From the NCBI GenBank assembly GCA_050943055.1, contig JBMNOL010000001.1, positions 15,750 to 79,749 on the forward strand: a stretch of DNA of 64,000 nucleotides, read 5' to 3'. Shown here piece by piece: positions 1-8,236 of this stretch; the first letter of the stretch is position 1, and every line of letters starts with the position of its first letter. The translations under genes and the position numbers were made by a program. The notes below the pieces were generated by a model, which was given only the letters and a program-made list of their open reading frames with translations, ran no database searches and was not told the DNA's origin. Source of the DNA: Patescibacteria group bacterium. GTDB taxonomy: Bacteria > Patescibacteriota > Patescibacteriia > Patescibacteriales > UBA12465.

Positions 1-201
1 TTTAAAATTACTCAAAAAGTATCAGCCCCAAGGCAACTTCCGTTTGGCGCAAACCTCTTTACAAAAATCAGAAACTAACGAGAAAACTTTAGAAAAATAT
101 TTAAACACTCTTAAACAAGAACTAACTACTTGGTTGACGCGCTAAAAATATTTTTTCTTGATTTGTCAGCCCATGAATGATATATCTATAAAGAAGATTA
201 A

Positions 202-277
202 GCGCCCATGGCTCAGTGGTTAGAGCACCGCTCTTATAAAGCGGGGGTCGATGGTTCGACTCCATCTGGGCGCACCA
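202..277 (+). tRNA. tRNA, probable tRNA-Ile with anticodon UAU (CCA encoded)
   Basis: Cloverleaf folds by hand: acceptor GCGCCCA/TGGGCGC, D-arm GCTC-AGTGGTTA-GAGC, anticodon stem CCGCT/AGCGG with loop CTTATAA (anticodon TAT), T-arm GATGG-TTCGACT-CCATC, discriminator A, 3' CCA. The D-loop resembles the Ile2/Met type. The minus-strand ORF 122-397 across it is spurious. Confidence 0.7.
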
Positions 278-346
278 AGGCGAAGCGCAAAGCTTCGTTT
301 TTACTAGGGGAGGAAAAACTAAAAAAAGCGTACTAATATATAGGAG

Positions 347-916
347 ATGGTTAATCTTTACGACCCCAATGAGGTTCCAGATGCCAGTCTGGTCCAAGCC
401 GCTTTAAAAAAAAGTGATGATTTTGTTTTTTTACTTAACCGCTATCAAGAGCCTATCGCCCGTTTTGTCGCTCGACTTAATAATTATTCCTTGGAAGATA
501 ATGAAGATTTATTACAGCAAATTTGGCTAAAAGTTTATTTAAATCTTAATTCCTACAAACCAGAAAAAAAGTTTTCTTCTTGGCTCTACGCTATCGCTCG
601 CAACCAAACCATAAGTTATCACCGAAAAAGACAAACGCGGGCTGAAGGCCACCAACAAAGTTTAGAAGATTTGGTTGACTCCCAATTAGCCGCGGCTCTT
701 AATTTAGAAGATGATTTACACCTCCGCCTGGAGCAAGACCGAGTTAAGGAGGCTTTAAAAACTATTAAACCTAAGTTCCGGGAAATCCTAATCTTAAGTT
801 TTTTGGAAGAAAAAAATTACCAGGAAATTTCAGAAATTTTAAAAAAACCAACCGGAACGGTCGCCTCCCTGTTAAATCGGGCCAAAAAAAGTTTAAGAGA
901 AAAATTAGAACTTTGA
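347..916 (+). CDS. ECF-type RNA polymerase sigma-70 family factor
   Basis: Sigma-70 region 2 and region 4 signatures, the latter with an HTH (ILILSFLEEKNYQEISEILKKPTGTVASLLNRAKKSLREKL). A conserved promoter-like motif lies at 305-345, and the -10 sits so close to the ATG that the mRNA may be leaderless. Confidence 0.85.
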   Translation: MVNLYDPNEVPDASLVQAALKKSDDFVFLLNRYQEPIARFVARLNNYSLEDNEDLLQQIWLKVYLNLNSYKPEKKFSSWLYAIARNQTISYHRKRQTRAEGHQQSLEDLVDSQLAAALNLEDDLHLRLEQDRVKEALKTIKPKFREILILSFLEEKNYQEISEILKKPTGTVASLLNRAKKSLREKLEL

Positions 917-920
917 AAAT

Positions 921-1688
921 ATGGAAATAAACCCTCAAAAATTTAAAAACAACGTAATTCAGGAAATTAAAGAAAAAAATCTTAAGCCACTTCCCGGCTG
1001 GTTCTTTGTGCTCAAAAACATTTTGCTTTGGATATTAGGAATACTGGCAGTTTTGGCCGGAGGCTTAACCCTTGCCGGCGCCTCTTTTATTAAACCTTTT
1101 GCCGTTTGGCAAGAGGCCTCCTCTATGGAAACCAGCCCCGTCTTTTTCTTAATTAACAGTCTCCCCTTAATTTGGGTTATAGCCATGATTGCTTTTACTC
1201 TTCTTGCTTATTCCCACATTAAAAAAACTGAAAACGGCTACCGCTTTTCTCCTCTCTTAATTTTAATATTAATTGTCGTCGCTACCTTAGCTACCGGTGG
1301 CGTGATGCGAGCAGCCGGAATAGATGAAAAAGTTGATGATGTTTTAAGCTATAATCTGCCTCAATATGAAACCATCATTAACCCCAATGTGAGATTGTGG
1401 TCCGATCCTCAAGCGGGGCGCCTGTGGGGCAAGGCGATTAGCCCCGAAGAAAATGGCTACCAAAAATTTTTAGATGCCAAACAAAAAGTCTGGAAAGTGA
1501 AGGCGGACAATTCCGACCACACTTTACCAATTGGCGAAACAATAAAACTTAAAGGCGAGAAAAAAAATAATGATACTTTTCATTATAAAACGAGTGCTCC
1601 TGGTGGTGCCGGGAAGGGATTTTTAGATCGCCTCTACCACAATCAGACTCAAGGGCGAGGTCAAGGACGAGGCCAGCGTAACCAATAA
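921..1688 (+). CDS. polytopic membrane protein, putative anti-sigma factor partner
   Basis: Starts 4 nt after the sigma-factor stop. It has about four predicted TM helices and a C-terminal QGRGQGRGQ tail. The anti-sigma role is inferred from position only. Confidence 0.4.
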   Translation: MEINPQKFKNNVIQEIKEKNLKPLPGWFFVLKNILLWILGILAVLAGGLTLAGASFIKPFAVWQEASSMETSPVFFLINSLPLIWVIAMIAFTLLAYSHIKKTENGYRFSPLLILILIVVATLATGGVMRAAGIDEKVDDVLSYNLPQYETIINPNVRLWSDPQAGRLWGKAISPEENGYQKFLDAKQKVWKVKADNSDHTLPIGETIKLKGEKKNNDTFHYKTSAPGGAGKGFLDRLYHNQTQGRGQGRGQRNQ

Positions 1689-1712
1689 AAACGGCTAAAA
1701 AAGCCGTTTTTA
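1689..1712 (+). terminator. rho-independent terminator
   Basis: ACGGCT-aaaaa-AGCCGT hairpin followed by TTTTTATT. Confidence 0.7.
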
Positions 1713-1865
1713 TTATAAACGAAGAGCTTAGATAAAATTAATTTTTACTTTTTTAAAGAAGACGCAAGAATGGAAGAATTATTTTTAAAAAGCGTACTAA
1801 TAAGTATAGGGCCCCTCAAATTAATAATTAACTAGCCAAAGGTTTAAAAAACCGGCTCAAACCTT

Positions 1866-2540
1866 ATGTTAAATAAAAATATAATCAAAGGTAGTACTCT
1901 TATCGCAGCTATCGCCTTAATCGGCAGCGCGAGTTCAGTCTTAGCAGCCAACGATAATAATTTTAAATTGTGGCAAAAAAATCAACCGCCGAGCAGCCTT
2001 AACACCAACCAAAGACCGGCCCACCGGGGAAATATGGGCTTAACTTTAGGTAAAATAAAACCTGCTAATTTTTCACAACTAACCACCGCTGAGAAGGAAG
2101 CGGTCCGAGTAAAAATGGAGGCAGTTAGAAACGCTTTAAAGACCGCTAATTATCAAGAGTGGGTAAAGGCGGTTAAGGCTTTAAGCCCAAATGCGCCCCA
2201 ACTCCAAACCGTCACCGCAGCCAACTTTCAAGATTATGTTAATCGCTTCCAAGCTAATAATGAAAACAGAGATCTCCACTTAACTAATATGGCCACGCTC
2301 CGAACGGCCATTAATAACAATAATTACGAAGCTTGGAAAGTAGCAGTGAAAAAAATTAATCCTGACTCGCCTTTACTTAGCAAAGTTACTGCTGAAAATT
2401 TCTCCCGTTTAGTCGCGGCCCATAAAGCCGGCACTCCGGCCGAAAAACAAGCGATTTTAAAAGAGTTAGGGGTTGAGCAAGGCCAAGGCCTAAAAGCCGG
2501 GCCAGGACACAGTCAAAAAATGAAGATCCAGCGCAATTAA
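1866..2540 (+). CDS. secreted protein with two internal ~38-aa repeats
   Basis: N-terminal signal peptide (MLNKNIIKGSTLIAAIALIGSASSVLA). Two repeated blocks: NYQEWVKAVKALSPNAPQLQTVTAANFQDYV and NYEAWKVAVKKINPDSPLLSKVTAENFSRLV. The ECF-promoter-like motif at 1769-1810 sits upstream. Confidence 0.6.
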   Translation: MLNKNIIKGSTLIAAIALIGSASSVLAANDNNFKLWQKNQPPSSLNTNQRPAHRGNMGLTLGKIKPANFSQLTTAEKEAVRVKMEAVRNALKTANYQEWVKAVKALSPNAPQLQTVTAANFQDYVNRFQANNENRDLHLTNMATLRTAINNNNYEAWKVAVKKINPDSPLLSKVTAENFSRLVAAHKAGTPAEKQAILKELGVEQGQGLKAGPGHSQKMKIQRN

Positions 2541-2570
2541 AAAAAAGTTAACACCCCCCTTAATCCTAAA

Positions 2571-2602
2571 AGCGGAGAAATTAATCTCCGCTTTTATTTT
2601 TC
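2571..2602 (+). terminator. rho-independent terminator
   Basis: AGCGGAGA-aattaa-TCTCCGCT hairpin then TTTTATTTTT. Confidence 0.7.
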
Positions 2603-2765
2603 CCCTGCTAACAAAATTTTGAACAAGAAAACCTGTTTTTATTTAAAACCTCACCGGCCGAGACCGATCCAAAATTAATATCTCGACAATGGAGCGGAAT
2701 AAATTTATCATTATTAACTAAGCCTTTCCAAATTTATCTTAATATAATATAATGGGCTTATTGAC

Positions 2766-2841
2766 GGGCTCGTAGCTCAGTTGGTTAGAGCGCTACGTTG
2801 ACATCGTAGAGGTCTGCAGTTCGAGTCTGCACGAGCCCACC
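2766..2841 (+). tRNA. tRNA-Val (anticodon GAC)
   Basis: Acceptor GGGCTCG/CGAGCCC, anticodon stem CTACG/CGTAG with loop TTGACAT, T-arm TGCAG-TTCGAGT-CTGCA, discriminator A. A TATAAT-like -10 sits just upstream. Confidence 0.85.
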
Positions 2842-2854
2842 GTAATTTTTTCTT

Positions 2855-3277
2855 ATGCTCAACAATTTATTCAATCGCCCCAATAAAGCGACCATCCAAG
2901 AAAATAGTCGACCAGCTATTAGCGATTGGTCTGCCGATCAAAATAATTACCAATTAGCCATTGATGTTTACCAAACCCCCAGTCAAATAATTATTCGAGC
3001 GATCGTTCCAGGAGCGGAACCGGAAGATTTAAAAATTTCTTTACATAATGACTTGCTCACCATCAAGTACCAAAAAATTGATGAGTTAGCAGTTCCTGAA
3101 GAAGACTACTTTTATAAAGAGTGTTTTTTTGGACCTTGTCACCGCTCTTTAATTTTACCGGCCGAGGTTGATAATCGAGAAATTAGCGCGAATGTTGAAA
3201 ATGGAATCTTAACCATCGCTCTCAAGCGCTTAAACCACGGCCCCGAACTCGGTCAAGAAATTAAAATTGATTATTAA
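2855..3277 (+). CDS. Hsp20/alpha-crystallin family small heat-shock protein
   Basis: 140 aa. Alpha-crystallin domain pattern: AIDVYQT...IIIRAIVPG...LKISLHNDLLTIKYQK...LILPAEVD...ANVENGILTIAL. Confidence 0.85.
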   Translation: MLNNLFNRPNKATIQENSRPAISDWSADQNNYQLAIDVYQTPSQIIIRAIVPGAEPEDLKISLHNDLLTIKYQKIDELAVPEEDYFYKECFFGPCHRSLILPAEVDNREISANVENGILTIALKRLNHGPELGQEIKIDY

Positions 3278-3397
3278 TCTTAATTATGAGTACACCCGAT
3301 TTATTTGAGCTCCTAAATAGTCAAACCTCGGAAGAAGATTCGGCTCCAAAAGATTTGCTTAATGACTTATTGACGGCCTAGGAACCAACAAACAAAT

Positions 3398-5293
3398 ATG
3401 AAAAAAATAGAAAAGCGCCCGCCAAAGAAAAATTTTTTTATCTTCTTGGGGGCATTTTTATTAATCTTATTATTAACCAGCGGCGCGATTTTTTTCTTCA
3501 CTTGGAAACTCAACGCTAATAAAATTAACCCGGGCACCAGTGTCGGCCCTATTTTAGTCGGCAATTTAACAATCGGTGAGGCCCAGCAGTTAATAGAAAA
3601 AAATCTGCAGGCTTGGGAGCAATCAAGATTAGTAGTCCGACATAATGATACCCGCTTAGAAATTCCGGCCGCCATCCAAGTCAACGTCGAGGCCAGTTTG
3701 CCAATTTTTACTTGGCAACCGGAACTAATAAATCAATTTTTAACCAACAATCTTGCAGCTAATTCTTGGCAACGTTATTTAGTTAGTTACTTTACCCCCG
3801 CCCACTTAGATATTCCTTATTTCTTAGATGAGGCCTTGCTTAAAAGCTATTTAACTGAAGCTCTTCCCGATCTTACCATCACCCCTCAGGACGCTAGTTT
3901 CATAGTTCATGAAGACTTAAGCACTGATTGGGAATTTACGATTCGGCCGGAACAGATTGGCCGACAAATTAATTTTGAAACGGCTCTCAAAACAATTCAT
4001 AAAAATTTAGCCACCCTAAGCAATGAAGAGGCTGTTCTTACAACCAAATTAGTTCGCCCCCAGGTTTATCAAGCTGATTTAGAAAATTTAAGACCAGCCG
4101 CTCAAGCCTTGATTAATCAAGGTGGTCTAACCTTAACTGTCGCCGCCGATGCAGAAACCGCCACGAGCACTTGGATAGTGCCAAAAAGCACCGTGGCGAC
4201 CTGGATTGTTCCTAAGTTTAATAATCAATCGCAAACGGTCGGTTTGGATTCTAAAAAAATTGCCGCTTATTTAAACGAACTAGTTGCCCCCGATATTAAT
4301 CGCGAACCTCAAGCACCTCGCTATGAACTAGCAGAAAATCGTTTAACTGATTGGTCGCCGGCCGTAATCGGAAAAAAATTAGACACGGAAAAAAGTGTTA
4401 CTGATATTTTAGAAAATTATTTAGAAAATAAAATTACGGAAACGGAGTTAAGTGTCAACCTAATCTTACCGGAAATAAAAAGTGGCGATAACCCCTTAAG
4501 AATTGAAGAACTAATCGGAACTGGCCACTCCAATTTTTCCGGCTCTTCTAAAAACCGACGTCACAACATTAAGGTTGGCGCCGATACTCTACATGGCTTA
4601 CTAATTGCTCCCGGTGAAGAATTTTCTTTAATTAAGGCTCTTGGGGATATGGATGCCAGTGGCGGCTACTTACCGGAATACGTAATTAAAGGTGACAAAA
4701 CCCAACTTGAATATGGTGGCGGCCTATGTCAGGTAGCAACGACCATCTTCCGTTCCGCCTTAGGCTCCGGCCTGCCAATCACGATGCGCCAAAATCATTC
4801 TTACCGCGTTAGCTACTATGAGCCAGCCGGTATGGATGCCGCTATTTATGATCCGCTCCCCGATGTCCGCTTTATCAATGATAGTCCCGATTATATATTG
4901 ATTCAGGCACGCATTGACGGCGATGATCTTTACTTTGATTTCTGGGGTAAAGAGGATGGCCGTGAAGCTACGACCACCACGCCGGTAATTTTTAACATTG
5001 TTAAACCGGCGCCAACAAAAATTATTGAAACCACCGATCTTAAACCCGGCGAAAAAAGATGTACCGAGAGTTCACATAATGGGGCTGATACTTATTTTGA
5101 TTACACTGTTATCTATCCTGACGGTGAAGAAAAAGTGAAGCGCTTTAAATCTCATTATGTTCCTTGGCAAGCAGTTTGTTTAGTCGGCGTCGACCCGGAA
5201 GCGAAAGCGGAAGAGGCAGAACAGACTGAAGCCGAAACAGATTCTTCTAACACTGCTAGCTCTACTCCAGAAACAGAGACGAAGCCGGAATAA
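3398..5293 (+). CDS. VanW-domain membrane-anchored protein with G5-like C-terminal region
   Basis: N-terminal TM helix. VanW signature GGGLCQVATTIFRSALGSGLPITMRQNHSYRVSYYEPAGMDAAIYDP. Contains the near-tandem duplication TWIVPKSTVA/TWIVPKF and an acidic T/E-rich C-terminal tail. Confidence 0.7.
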   Translation: MKKIEKRPPKKNFFIFLGAFLLILLLTSGAIFFFTWKLNANKINPGTSVGPILVGNLTIGEAQQLIEKNLQAWEQSRLVVRHNDTRLEIPAAIQVNVEASLPIFTWQPELINQFLTNNLAANSWQRYLVSYFTPAHLDIPYFLDEALLKSYLTEALPDLTITPQDASFIVHEDLSTDWEFTIRPEQIGRQINFETALKTIHKNLATLSNEEAVLTTKLVRPQVYQADLENLRPAAQALINQGGLTLTVAADAETATSTWIVPKSTVATWIVPKFNNQSQTVGLDSKKIAAYLNELVAPDINREPQAPRYELAENRLTDWSPAVIGKKLDTEKSVTDILENYLENKITETELSVNLILPEIKSGDNPLRIEELIGTGHSNFSGSSKNRRHNIKVGADTLHGLLIAPGEEFSLIKALGDMDASGGYLPEYVIKGDKTQLEYGGGLCQVATTIFRSALGSGLPITMRQNHSYRVSYYEPAGMDAAIYDPLPDVRFINDSPDYILIQARIDGDDLYFDFWGKEDGREATTTTPVIFNIVKPAPTKIIETTDLKPGEKRCTESSHNGADTYFDYTVIYPDGEEKVKRFKSHYVPWQAVCLVGVDPEAKAEEAEQTEAETDSSNTASSTPETETKPE

Positions 5294-5302
5294 TAATTAA
5301 TT

Positions 5303-5340
5303 AAAAAAGAAAGCGCCCCCACAGAGAGGGCGCTTTGATT
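5303..5340. terminator. bidirectional rho-independent terminator
   Basis: GCGCCC-ccacagaga-GGGCGC hairpin. It has a T-run on the plus strand (TTTGATTT) and a U-rich run on the minus strand (complement of aaaaaagaaa), so it serves the VanW gene on + and the candidate sRNA on -. Confidence 0.6.
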
Positions 5341-5521
5341 TAAAAAAAAGATCGTCTGAAACGGGCAGGCAAGAAAATCTCTTCTAGGAATCCCCGAGCC
5401 TATGAGAGAATACCATTTCTGATATTATCTCACAGGCCCAAAAAACCCTAGTAAGAAAATCCCCATGCTTGTCGTGCCTAACCCGTTTCAAACGACCTTA
5501 GTAAAAAGAACTGAAGCGCTA
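5341..5521 (-). ncRNA. candidate structured small RNA (~180 nt, 6S-RNA-like architecture), identity unverified
   Basis: The minus strand carries a canonical sigma-70 promoter: -35 TTGACA at 5552-5557 and -10 TATATT at 5529-5534, with a 17-nt spacer. The predicted transcript forms a 16-bp closing stem (5482-5497 with 5350-5365), perfect on the minus strand with two G-U pairs, enclosing about 110 nt of partly self-complementary sequence. It is followed by U8 and a second terminator hairpin. No ORF is present. Confidence 0.45.
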
Positions 5522-5580
5522 ACGATTCAATATAGCATACCGTTAATTCTTTGTCAAGCCCCTTGGAGTTAGTAACTTTA

Positions 5581-6414
5581 TTAGGGGGTCATTTTTAAAT
5601 AAATTTCTTTATTATTAGCAAATATATTTATAGTACCAAGCTCATCGGTGCGAAAAATATTTCCCGTTATCAACGCTAACCTTTTTAAAGTTTCCGGATG
5701 TGGATGAGAAAATTTATTATCCTTCCCTACTGAGATAATGGCGACAAGCGGCTTAACAGTTCTTAAAAAATTTTCCTGACTAGCACTTGAAGCCCCATGA
5801 TGAGAAATTTTTAAAACATCATAGGTGCTTAAACCGCCCACCAACAAATCAGTCTCGATTTCTTGACCAGCATCACCAGTAAATAAAAACTGACGCTGGC
5901 CGCAGACTAATTCACTGACCACCGACTGGTCATTAACTTCTTTACTGGCGGCGGCGCTCAAAATATTAATCCGACAATACTCCCCAAGCGGAAAAGAGTC
6001 AGCAGCAGTAATTTTTTGTTTAGGAATTTTATTTTTTTCTAAATTACTAAACCACTCTTTAATTAAAATATTATCCTCATCTACTTCTCCATAAAAAACT
6101 TGTTTAATTTGATAGCGCTCACCAAGCTCAATCAAACCGAACAAATGATCGCTGTGTTCATGAGTTAGTAAAACAAAATCTAACTGGCGCTGCCACCAAG
6201 GTAAGACGGTGCTCAATTCTTCTAACAGACGGTTATCGGGACCACCGTCAATTAACAAAGTTTTTTTGTCCGGAGTCACAATTAAAATTGCATCGCCTTG
6301 CCCGACGGAAAGAAAAGAAACCTTAACCGAACCCCGCGGATAAAGTGACTGAGGGAGAAAAACCGTCAGACCAAGTGAAAAAAATAAACTACTGACTAAA
6401 AGTAAGCGTTTCAT
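5581..6414 (-). CDS. secreted MBL-fold metallo-hydrolase, ComEC/Rec2-type beta-lactamase-like domain (stand-alone)
   Basis: Signal peptide. HxHxDH motif (LLTHEHSDHLFGL). C-terminal ISHHGASSASQENFLRTVKPLVAIISVGKDNKFSHPHPETLKRL matches the ComEC C-terminal MBL domain pattern. Confidence 0.75.
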   Translation of the reverse strand: MKRLLLVSSLFFSLGLTVFLPQSLYPRGSVKVSFLSVGQGDAILIVTPDKKTLLIDGGPDNRLLEELSTVLPWWQRQLDFVLLTHEHSDHLFGLIELGERYQIKQVFYGEVDEDNILIKEWFSNLEKNKIPKQKITAADSFPLGEYCRINILSAAASKEVNDQSVVSELVCGQRQFLFTGDAGQEIETDLLVGGLSTYDVLKISHHGASSASQENFLRTVKPLVAIISVGKDNKFSHPHPETLKRLALITGNIFRTDELGTINIFANNKEIYLKMTP

Positions 6415-6515
6415 ATTTTTAGTCTAACACAGCGAGTATCAAGTTTTCCTCAATTACAAAAATCGCCCGGAAACCGGACGATTTTTGTATAATTTTCAAA
6501 TGGCTTAAAAAAGAA

Positions 6516-6740
6516 TTATTTTTTCTTTTTTGGAGCGGCCTTTTTAACTGCTTTTTTAGGAGCAACTTTTTTCGGGGCGGCTTTTTTAACCATCTTTTTC
6601 ACTGCTTTTTTAGGAGCAGCCATCTTTACAACTTTTTTAGGAGCTGCTTTTTTAACCACCTTTTTAACTGCTTTTTTAGGAGCAACTTTTTTCGGGGCGG
6701 CTTTCTTCACAACTTTTTTAGCCGGTTTATTTGCGGGCAT
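6516..6740 (-). CDS. histone H1-like / KAAPKK-repeat basic DNA-binding protein
   Basis: 74 aa from the second Met. AGGAGGTG lies 6 nt upstream of that ATG; the first Met of the track ORF includes the SD. The protein is almost entirely K/A/P/V repeats (KKAAPKKVAPKKAVKKVV x3), and the DNA is a tandem repeat. Confidence 0.6.
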   Translation of the reverse strand: MPANKPAKKVVKKAAPKKVAPKKAVKKVVKKAAPKKVVKMAAPKKAVKKMVKKAAPKKVAPKKAVKKAAPKKKK

Positions 6741-6853
6741 ATTTTCACCTCCTTTCAATTGGAACTAATTTAAAATTTTTTTTAAAAAAAATTACATCGA
6801 CCGAAAAACTTATTCTAATTATACATCCAGATGAAAACGATAGCAATGCTTTT

Positions 6854-8233
6854 TTATTTTTTTAAACGTGCAAAAAAATATTTTTCCAATTCTGAAATTT
6901 TAATTCTCTCTTGAGTCATCGTATCACGATCACGAACAGTTACCGTCTCATCTTCCAAACTATCAAAATCAACGGTGATGCAAAACGGTGTACCAATTTC
7001 ATCTTGACGCCGGTAACGCTTGCCCACATTGCCATTATCATCAAACTCACAAGAAAATTGTGAGCGTAAATTATTATAAATTTTTTGAGCCGCTGCCACT
7101 AACTCCGGTTTATTTTTGAGAAGGGGAAAGACCGCAATCGTGACCGGCGCTAAATCGGCCGGCAATTTTAAAACCACTCTAGTTTCTTTTTCCGAAACAG
7201 TTTCTTCGTGATAAGCAGAAAGTAGGGTCACTAAAAAACAGCGATCTAAACCAAAGCTGGGTTCTAAAACATGAGGCGTGACATGACGATTAGTAGTAGC
7301 TTCAAAATATTCCAACTTTTGATTAGAAAATTCACTGTGTTGTTTTAAATCAAAATCGCCGCGATGAGCTAAACCACACAGTTCTTTAAAGCCACCAAAA
7401 GGCATGTCATACTCTAAGTCAACCGTCTTGCGGGAGTAGTGCGATAATTTTTCTTGGGGATGTTCATAGCGCCGAATTTTTTTAGAGTCAACCCCTAAAT
7501 CATCAACAAAAAAATGTTCCTGCTCCGCCAAAAGAGAAGCAAACAGTGGCTGCCAGTCTTTTTCCGGATCAATAAAATATTCTAATTCCATTTGTTCAAA
7601 TTCGCGAGTTCGAAAAATAAAATTACCGACAATAATCTCATTGCGAAAGGCTTTACCAATTTGCGCAATACCAAAGGGCAGCTTCGGACGCATCACATCA
7701 ACAACATTTTTAAACTCGGCAAAAATAGCGCCCGCTGTCTCCGGACGCAAATAGACCATTTCTTCAACACCATTCATCTCCGTTTTAAACATCATGTTAA
7801 AAAATCTGACCGCGCTCCAATTCTTTGCTCCGCAAGCGGGACAAGCAATTTCTAGCAACGCCTTATTTAAAGCGTCTAAATCACCTTCTAAATCTTGACC
7901 AGTGGCTTCTAAAACTAAATGATCAGCGCGCCAACGCTTACGGCATTTTTTACAATCAACCATGGCATCATTAAAACCACCGACGTGACCGCTGGCTTCC
8001 CATAACCGTGAGGGTAAAATAATCGGACCATCTAAACCATAAACTTCATCCCGACTAGAAACAAAACGATTCCACCATTTCTGTTTTATTTTATTTTTTA
8101 GAGTTACGCCGTAAGGGCCATAACTATAAGCCCCGGACAAACCGCCATAAATTTCCCCGGCCGGAAAAACAAAGCCGCGCCGCTTACAAAGAGAAACAAT
8201 TTTTTCCATTAAATCATTAGTAGCTTCTTTCAT
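6854..8233 (-). CDS. glyQS: glycine--tRNA ligase (class II, alpha2 homodimeric type)
   Basis: 459 aa. The N-terminus MKEATNDLMEKIVSLCKRRGFVFPAGEIYGGLSGAYSYGPYGVTLKNKIKQKWW is diagnostic of dimeric GlyRS. Confidence 0.9.
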   Translation of the reverse strand: MKEATNDLMEKIVSLCKRRGFVFPAGEIYGGLSGAYSYGPYGVTLKNKIKQKWWNRFVSSRDEVYGLDGPIILPSRLWEASGHVGGFNDAMVDCKKCRKRWRADHLVLEATGQDLEGDLDALNKALLEIACPACGAKNWSAVRFFNMMFKTEMNGVEEMVYLRPETAGAIFAEFKNVVDVMRPKLPFGIAQIGKAFRNEIIVGNFIFRTREFEQMELEYFIDPEKDWQPLFASLLAEQEHFFVDDLGVDSKKIRRYEHPQEKLSHYSRKTVDLEYDMPFGGFKELCGLAHRGDFDLKQHSEFSNQKLEYFEATTNRHVTPHVLEPSFGLDRCFLVTLLSAYHEETVSEKETRVVLKLPADLAPVTIAVFPLLKNKPELVAAAQKIYNNLRSQFSCEFDDNGNVGKRYRRQDEIGTPFCITVDFDSLEDETVTVRDRDTMTQERIKISELEKYFFARLKK

Positions 8234-8236
8234 ATT

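Noticed and set aside
122-397. 91-aa minus-strand ORF
   Set aside because: It lies entirely over the tRNA at 202-277 and its flanks. It is an antisense artefact.
959-1186. Short antisense or embedded track ORFs
   Set aside because: The same applies to 3367-3684, 7592-7855, 10237-10422, 10612-10974, 11881-12078, 16514-16753, 19314-19535, 23373-23684, 23742-23924, 30535-30744, 32650-32874, 36399-36605, 37198-37563, 38224-38652, 40763-40951, 42231-42494, 42702-42917, 44361-44615, 47878-48069, 48996-49265, 49757-49945, 63175-63408 and 63613-63888. All are fully nested in, or antisense to, well-supported genes and have no independent signals.
6540-6730. Tandem nucleotide repeats, considered as a CRISPR-like or satellite array
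   Set aside because: The repeats are in-frame and encode the KAAPKK-repeat protein. There is no spacer structure and no cas genes.
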